Shown here: positions 37,898 to 42,568 of the stretch, piece by piece
Layout of the letters: every line of letters starts with the position of its first letter
How positions within the stretch are numbered: position 1 is the first letter of the stretch
DNA from: Candidatus Heimdallarchaeota archaeon
Lineage (GTDB): Archaea; Asgardarchaeota; Heimdallarchaeia; Heimdallarchaeales; Heimdallarchaeaceae
Assembly: GCA_018238545.1 (NCBI GenBank)
Contig: JABCTC010000029.1
Location: 1 to 42,568 of the forward strand
Reading direction: 5' to 3'
Length of the DNA: 42,568 bases
Notes under the pieces: model-generated
Database searches by the model: none
Told to the model about the DNA's origin: nothing
The model's input: only the letters and a program-made list of their open reading frames with translations
Made by a program: the position numbers and the translations under genes

Positions 37898-39739
37898 TTA
37901 GGATTTGATTCCTAGTCGCGCCATTTCTTCTTTAGTTGGATAACCTTCTTCATCCAATCCTCTTTTTGCATAAAGAGCTTGCATGGAATTGATGAAATCT
38001 TCTTCGTCTATGAAAGCTGTTCTACCTTTAGCTCTTCCTGATGGAAGAGGTTCTTTCATGAAACGTTTAGGAAGAGTATCAAATTCTATTGGTTTCTTAT
38101 CTCCAAATTCTCTAATATTAAACAAACGTTTCAAAAGCCAAACTCTTCGAGCAATATCAGTTAATTCTTCTGTAGTTACTTCTTTATCCCAAACAGCTGA
38201 TACAATATCAACACAATCATCAAAACCCAAAGCTGGTTTGATGCTGTGAGTGAAATGGCAGATTGTTAAGCAGTCTTTGATAGTTTTAAGATCTTGCTGC
38301 TCAATTAAGGAATCGATAATCTTAAGTGCACTTTTATCAGGGATTTCTGAAGTTGAAGGCCAGCCACGTAAGTGTGAAGCACCGACTGCAGCTGTAGCAT
38401 AACTCAGACCAAGACCAAGTTTGGCACGTGGATCCCAGGCAGCAAAGGGCAATTTTTTCACGTGCATGGCTAAGTCTTCTATCTTCCAATGTTCAGCAGC
38501 TTGAGCAACTCCATCAGCTAATATGTCTCCAATATCTTTACGATAAGCTATTTTGTCAATAAGCTCTAGAAATTTGTCAATATTTCCAAATTCAACATCA
38601 TCAAATTCTGATCCCTCAACAAGTCCTTTTTCCATTGCTTCCATAGTCATGGCGATTGCACTACCTGTACTGATCGTATCTAATCCTAGCTCATTACAAA
38701 GGTAATTAGCATGAATTACTGCTTCAGAATCGCTTATTCCACAGTTTCCTCCTAACATAGCTAATGTTTCATACTCTGGTTTTGCTATTTCTTTTCTATC
38801 TTTCTCAACCCATTCAAAAACAGATGTATCTAGAGTTTCACTACAGCCTATAGGACACTGATAACATGGGCGTCGGAATCGCTTATATTTTTTGGCTAAA
38901 GTTTCATGTCCCAGATTGTCAGCATCTTCAAATTCTCCCGATTGCCAGTTACGGGTTGGATAGTGGTCAAGATCACTAGCCACTTTGACTAACCAACTAG
39001 TTCCATGTTTATGAAGTAGATGACCTTCATCTTTAGCATTTTTTGCTCTTTGAACAATATCCTTTCTGATCAATTCAATTTTGTTTTCATTACCATCAGT
39101 TGGACGAGTTGATCCTTTGAATGCAACAGCTTTAAGATTTTTTGAACCAAAAACTGCTCCTAAGCCTCCTCTTCCAGCATTGCGAAAATTATCAGAAGTG
39201 GTGCAAGCAAATTTAACAAGATTCTCTCCAGCAGGACCTATTGTTATTATCCTCATTTTTGGCTCGTGTTCTAATCCTTTAATCAAAACATCAGTTTCAA
39301 AAACAAATCTCCCCCACAAATCTGTTGCATCAAGTAACTGAGCATCTCCATCTCGTAGGAAAAGGTATACTGGTTTGGGTGAACGTCCACTAATAACAAT
39401 GAAATCAAATCCTGCATATTTTATCTCTGGTCCAAGGAAGCCACCAACGTGGCTTTCAGCCCAAACACCAGTGAGCGGGCCTTTGCTGGCAAACATCATT
39501 CGGCCGGACGGTGAAAACATTACTCCTGTAAGAGGACCAGTACCAACCACTAGAACATTCTCAGGTGACAAAGGCTCTGTATCAGGTCCTGTACGGTCCC
39601 AAAGAATCTTGGCGGCAATTCCAGTTCCTCCTAGATATAATCGTGCCCATTCTTTTTCCATCTCCTTCTTTATGATTTTACCTTTCGTAAGGTCGACTTC
39701 TAGATAATAGCCTGCGTACCCTTTGTATGGAAATGTCAT
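37898..39739 (-). CDS. aor: Tungsten-containing aldehyde:ferredoxin oxidoreductase family protein
   Basis: GYAG..LEVDLT, SKGPLTG, AGRGGLGAVFGSKNLKAV, CYQCPIGC, PEYET, CNELGLDTIS. Start is ATG 39739 with GGAGG at 39749-39753. Confidence 0.92.
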   Translation of the reverse strand: MTFPYKGYAGYYLEVDLTKGKIIKKEMEKEWARLYLGGTGIAAKILWDRTGPDTEPLSPENVLVVGTGPLTGVMFSPSGRMMFASKGPLTGVWAESHVGGFLGPEIKYAGFDFIVISGRSPKPVYLFLRDGDAQLLDATDLWGRFVFETDVLIKGLEHEPKMRIITIGPAGENLVKFACTTSDNFRNAGRGGLGAVFGSKNLKAVAFKGSTRPTDGNENKIELIRKDIVQRAKNAKDEGHLLHKHGTSWLVKVASDLDHYPTRNWQSGEFEDADNLGHETLAKKYKRFRRPCYQCPIGCSETLDTSVFEWVEKDRKEIAKPEYETLAMLGGNCGISDSEAVIHANYLCNELGLDTISTGSAIAMTMEAMEKGLVEGSEFDDVEFGNIDKFLELIDKIAYRKDIGDILADGVAQAAEHWKIEDLAMHVKKLPFAAWDPRAKLGLGLSYATAAVGASHLRGWPSTSEIPDKSALKIIDSLIEQQDLKTIKDCLTICHFTHSIKPALGFDDCVDIVSAVWDKEVTTEELTDIARRVWLLKRLFNIREFGDKKPIEFDTLPKRFMKEPLPSGRAKGRTAFIDEEDFINSMQALYAKRGLDEEGYPTKEEMARLGIKS

Positions 39740-39740
39740 T

Positions 39741-40220
39741 CTATACTTCCTCCTTTTGCATTTCAAAAGTAGATGTAACAATGGACGTCCCCTTGTATCT
39801 TTGTTCTGTGCCTTTGTCGAGAACGTACTCGATTGCACCATATTCACATGCTTTCAAACAAGCTGGATCCCCTTCACAATGATCACATTTGATTGCTTTT
39901 CGCGTTATGGGGTCGATTGCAATTCCTCCATAGATACATGCACTGACACAGTTCATACATCCAATGCATATTGAGGAATCTACGTATAGAATGCCATGTT
40001 CGTTCTCACGAATAGCTCCATTTGGACATGCATCTTTGCACAAAGGCGTGTCACATTGAAGGCAGACCATGGGGGCAATAAGATTCTTGCTTTCATCTTT
40101 CAGAATTCGGATTCTTGACCTAGATGGATTGAATGTTGTAGAATGTTTCACTGAGCAAGCTAGTTCGCAATTTCTGCACCCAGTACATTTTCCAATATCA
40201 ATGGAGAGAACGTGTTTCAA
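39741..40220 (-). CDS. 4Fe-4S dicluster electron-transfer protein (AOR partner)
   Basis: CTGCRNCELAC, CLQCDTPLCKDACP, CIGCMNCVSAC, KCDHCEGDPACLKAC. The ORF track starts at 40274; TTG 40220 with an upstream GGAG is preferred. Confidence 0.9.
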   Translation of the reverse strand: MKHVLSIDIGKCTGCRNCELACSVKHSTTFNPSRSRIRILKDESKNLIAPMVCLQCDTPLCKDACPNGAIRENEHGILYVDSSICIGCMNCVSACIYGGIAIDPITRKAIKCDHCEGDPACLKACEYGAIEYVLDKGTEQRYKGTSIVTSTFEMQKEEV

Positions 40221-40397
40221 ATTAGATATACACTCCAGAGTTGAACAATCACGGTTTCTTGTTTCCGTATCCACTCTACTTTAAGTTGTTGCCAGACACG
40301 CTAGATACACAATAGCATAATAAGAGGCCAACTTGCAATCCATTCAGATGGGCTGAAATTGTTGGGTATAACTAGTGCATAGAAGTGGAAGTTTCAA

Positions 40398-42197
40398 ATG
40401 AACTCAGACTCTAAATCCCAAATTTTTCCTCACAACTCTCGGACTGCGTTTCGACAAGTGGCAGATACAATGCCCTTTACCATTATTGAAATGGATTTGG
40501 ATTATACTCTAGTGTATGCAAACAATTATGCACTTGATACACTTGGTATGAACATTGAACTGATTGAATATGGAGTCCACCTAAAAGAAATCATCGCATC
40601 TGAACAGTTTATGGCTGCGAAAGAAGGGCTTGACCTGCTAGTGGAGGGATCCCCTTCAAATCCCATAGTTCTCAGGTTAAAACGAAGAGATGGAGTCGAA
40701 ATAACGACTGAAACTTTCGCTGAATTAATTGTAGATAACGATGTTCCAGTGGGTGTCGTTTCCTACTCGATTGATATGACTCGTAGGATTGCAGTTGAAG
40801 AAAAAGTACAACATCAGGAAGGAGCGTTCAGAACCCTAGTTGAACAATCAAACTTCACTGGCGTGTTTGTTGTAAATGATCAGTACCGTCTTGAATATGT
40901 AAACGATAAATCCTGTGACATCATTGGCAGAACAAGAAGCGAGCTACTGGGGGTTGACTTTAGAGAATATCTTCATCCTGAAAGTATCGCTTTAGTGAGT
41001 GAACATTATTGGAAACGACGGGCAGGGCAAGATGTTCCAAGTGTCTATGATTTCAAAATCATTCACAAGGATGGTCATCCTCGAGATGTAATAATCAGCA
41101 GTACTACTATGAAAGTAGATGATGGAGTAGTAAAGACTGTAACTCAGATGATTGACATCACTGAGGAGCGCGCAAATCAACAAGCTCTCAAAGAGAGTGA
41201 GCAAAAACATAGGACACTGGTGGATGCAATCGATTCCGGTTTTATAATCGATGACGAGAACGGATTTGTCCTGTCTGCAAATCAACCAATATGCGATATA
41301 TTGGGATATGATAACCCTGACGAGTTGATTGGCTCTAATATTATATCATGGACATACGGTTGGGATGAATCTGATGTGACGGAAAAAATCAATGCACGTA
41401 GAGCGGGTAAATCCGAACATTATGAGCTTCAGCTTATTCACAAGTCTGGTAAATTAATACCTGTTTTAATCCATGTATCTCCATGGCACAGTCCCGCTGG
41501 TGAATATATTGGAAGTTTTGCACTGATTAACGATGTTTCTGCCCTCAAGCAAACTGAGGCGGAGGTGCGTTTCTTACTAGACCTTCTTCTTCATGATCTA
41601 TCCAACCAGCTCCAACTAATATTGGCTGGTGTTGATCTCCTTGAAACTGATTTACCTACAGACCAGTTTGCTAGAGCACGTGCCTACATCATGGATGGAG
41701 CTAATAGATGTCTTGAGCTGATAACTAACATCCGACGAGCTGAGGACTCCAAATTTGCACCACTCGTATCCACCAACGTCATTCAAGTGCTGACATCTCA
41801 AATACATCTTTTTGGTGGACAATATGGGTATCACCCAGAAATCACGTCACTTCCAACAGAAGTCATAATTAGTGCTGATGGTGCTTTGGGGCATCTCTTT
41901 TGGAACCTAATGGAAAACAGTATAAAACATAACCCGACTGATAAGAAGGACATCTGGATTTCTGGTGAGGTAACCGGTGATAGCTTCCTATTGAGCATCT
42001 CAGATAATGGGCCTGGTCTATCTCCCTCTATGAAAGATAATCTGTTTGACCCCACAAGACGCTCAAGTGGAGTTGGACTACATCTTGTCAGGAGACTGGC
42101 ACTCAAGTATGGTGCGAGTCTTACTGTGGGTGACCGCGTGCAAGATTCACCAGAGAATGGACTAGAGATTATTATCAAATTCCCAATTCTACGATAG
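40398..42197 (+). CDS. Cytoplasmic sensor histidine kinase with three PAS domains
   Basis: Three PAS/PAC units (YANN..DMTRR, YVND..DITEE, SANQ..DVSALK). H box HDLSNQL, N box NLMENSIKH, G1 DNGPG, G2 GVGL. No TM helix. Confidence 0.92.
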   Translation: MNSDSKSQIFPHNSRTAFRQVADTMPFTIIEMDLDYTLVYANNYALDTLGMNIELIEYGVHLKEIIASEQFMAAKEGLDLLVEGSPSNPIVLRLKRRDGVEITTETFAELIVDNDVPVGVVSYSIDMTRRIAVEEKVQHQEGAFRTLVEQSNFTGVFVVNDQYRLEYVNDKSCDIIGRTRSELLGVDFREYLHPESIALVSEHYWKRRAGQDVPSVYDFKIIHKDGHPRDVIISSTTMKVDDGVVKTVTQMIDITEERANQQALKESEQKHRTLVDAIDSGFIIDDENGFVLSANQPICDILGYDNPDELIGSNIISWTYGWDESDVTEKINARRAGKSEHYELQLIHKSGKLIPVLIHVSPWHSPAGEYIGSFALINDVSALKQTEAEVRFLLDLLLHDLSNQLQLILAGVDLLETDLPTDQFARARAYIMDGANRCLELITNIRRAEDSKFAPLVSTNVIQVLTSQIHLFGGQYGYHPEITSLPTEVIISADGALGHLFWNLMENSIKHNPTDKKDIWISGEVTGDSFLLSISDNGPGLSPSMKDNLFDPTRRSSGVGLHLVRRLALKYGASLTVGDRVQDSPENGLEIIIKFPILR

Positions 42198-42262
42198 TTT
42201 TGTTTGACCATAATCGTTATGACGAATGGTGCATATCTCACAATCACTTGTGAGGTTATTCA

Positions 42263-42568
42263 ATGAGTTCCCCGAAATCGATTCTGATAACAAATGGCTA
42301 TGTGTTGACCCTTAATGACCGGCGAGAAATAATTCCTAATGGAGCTGTCTATATTGAGGGCAATCAGATCCGTGCTGTAGGAAAAACAGATGACTTGGCG
42401 AATTCCAGTGCTGACCTTGTGATTGATGCTAAGAACGGAATCGTAATGCCAGGATTAATTGACACGCATGTACATCTTGCACAAGCACTAATCCGAGGCT
42501 GTGTAGATGATGTCGCTCTAGTCGATTGGTTGAAGAACTATGTGTGGGTGTTGCAAGGCAACTTCACT
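42263..42568 (+). CDS. Amidohydrolase (MTA/SAH or 5'-deoxyadenosine deaminase-like), 3'-truncated
   Basis: Not in the ORF track. Manual translation gives MSSPKSILITNGYVLTL...VMPGLIDTHVHLAQALIRG..DDVALVDWL (HxH motif). GAGGT upstream. Confidence 0.88.
   Translation, partial: MSSPKSILITNGYVLTLNDRREIIPNGAVYIEGNQIRAVGKTDDLANSSADLVIDAKNGIVMPGLIDTHVHLAQALIRGCVDDVALVDWLKNYVWVLQGNFT

Noticed and set aside
39740-39847. 36-aa N-terminal extension of AOR in the ORF track
   Set aside because: It overlaps the ferredoxin gene. ATG 39739 has a GGAGG site and matches the typical AOR N-terminus.
825-42247. About 25 short ORFs (60-138 aa) overlapping longer genes, e.g. 7637-7933, 25530-25871, 39375-39707, 41831-42247, 37444-37665
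   Set aside because: Antisense or alternate-frame shadows of well-supported genes, with no recognisable motifs.
1-42568. CRISPR arrays, tRNA/rRNA genes, integrases or transposases
   Set aside because: Intergenic gaps are short and AT-rich with no repeat-spacer pattern or cloverleaf visible by eye, and no ORF has recombinase or transposase motifs. tRNAscan-SE or Infernal would be needed to exclude small RNAs.

Overview
AT-rich archaeal window (about 30% GC in hand-counted sample lines), most likely from an Asgard archaeon. This is inferred from a TFB paralogue, Taw1, a tungsten AOR and TPR-longin proteins; no taxonomic search was run. Left part (1-18.5 kb): a surface-glycosylation locus with a flippase, an O-acetyltransferase, GT-A/GT-B/GT-C glycosyltransferases and a Gmd/Rmd-like + ColD + Fcl/ColC set consistent with GDP-L-colitose synthesis. 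It is interrupted by a divergent TFB, an orphan N6-adenine DNA MTase and an RlmF/METTL16-like MTase. Middle part: an MFS-DUF47 fusion, a beta-helix/Ig-like surface protein and a membrane-anchored metzincin. These are followed by three tandem ~680-aa TPR proteins that each end in a longin-like domain, plus an unannotated decayed fragment of a further copy at 22321-22411. Next come a second orphan DNA MTase, an NPR2/uDENN-like small protein, an RHH regulator and a HEAT protein. Right part: taw1, a STAS-like protein, GtrA, an AOR/ferredoxin operon, a PAS histidine kinase and a truncated amidohydrolase. GC rises to about 44-45% from ~39.3 kb, inside the AOR gene, which suggests a mosaic or chimeric junction. 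I recognised no RNA genes, CRISPR arrays or transposases by eye.
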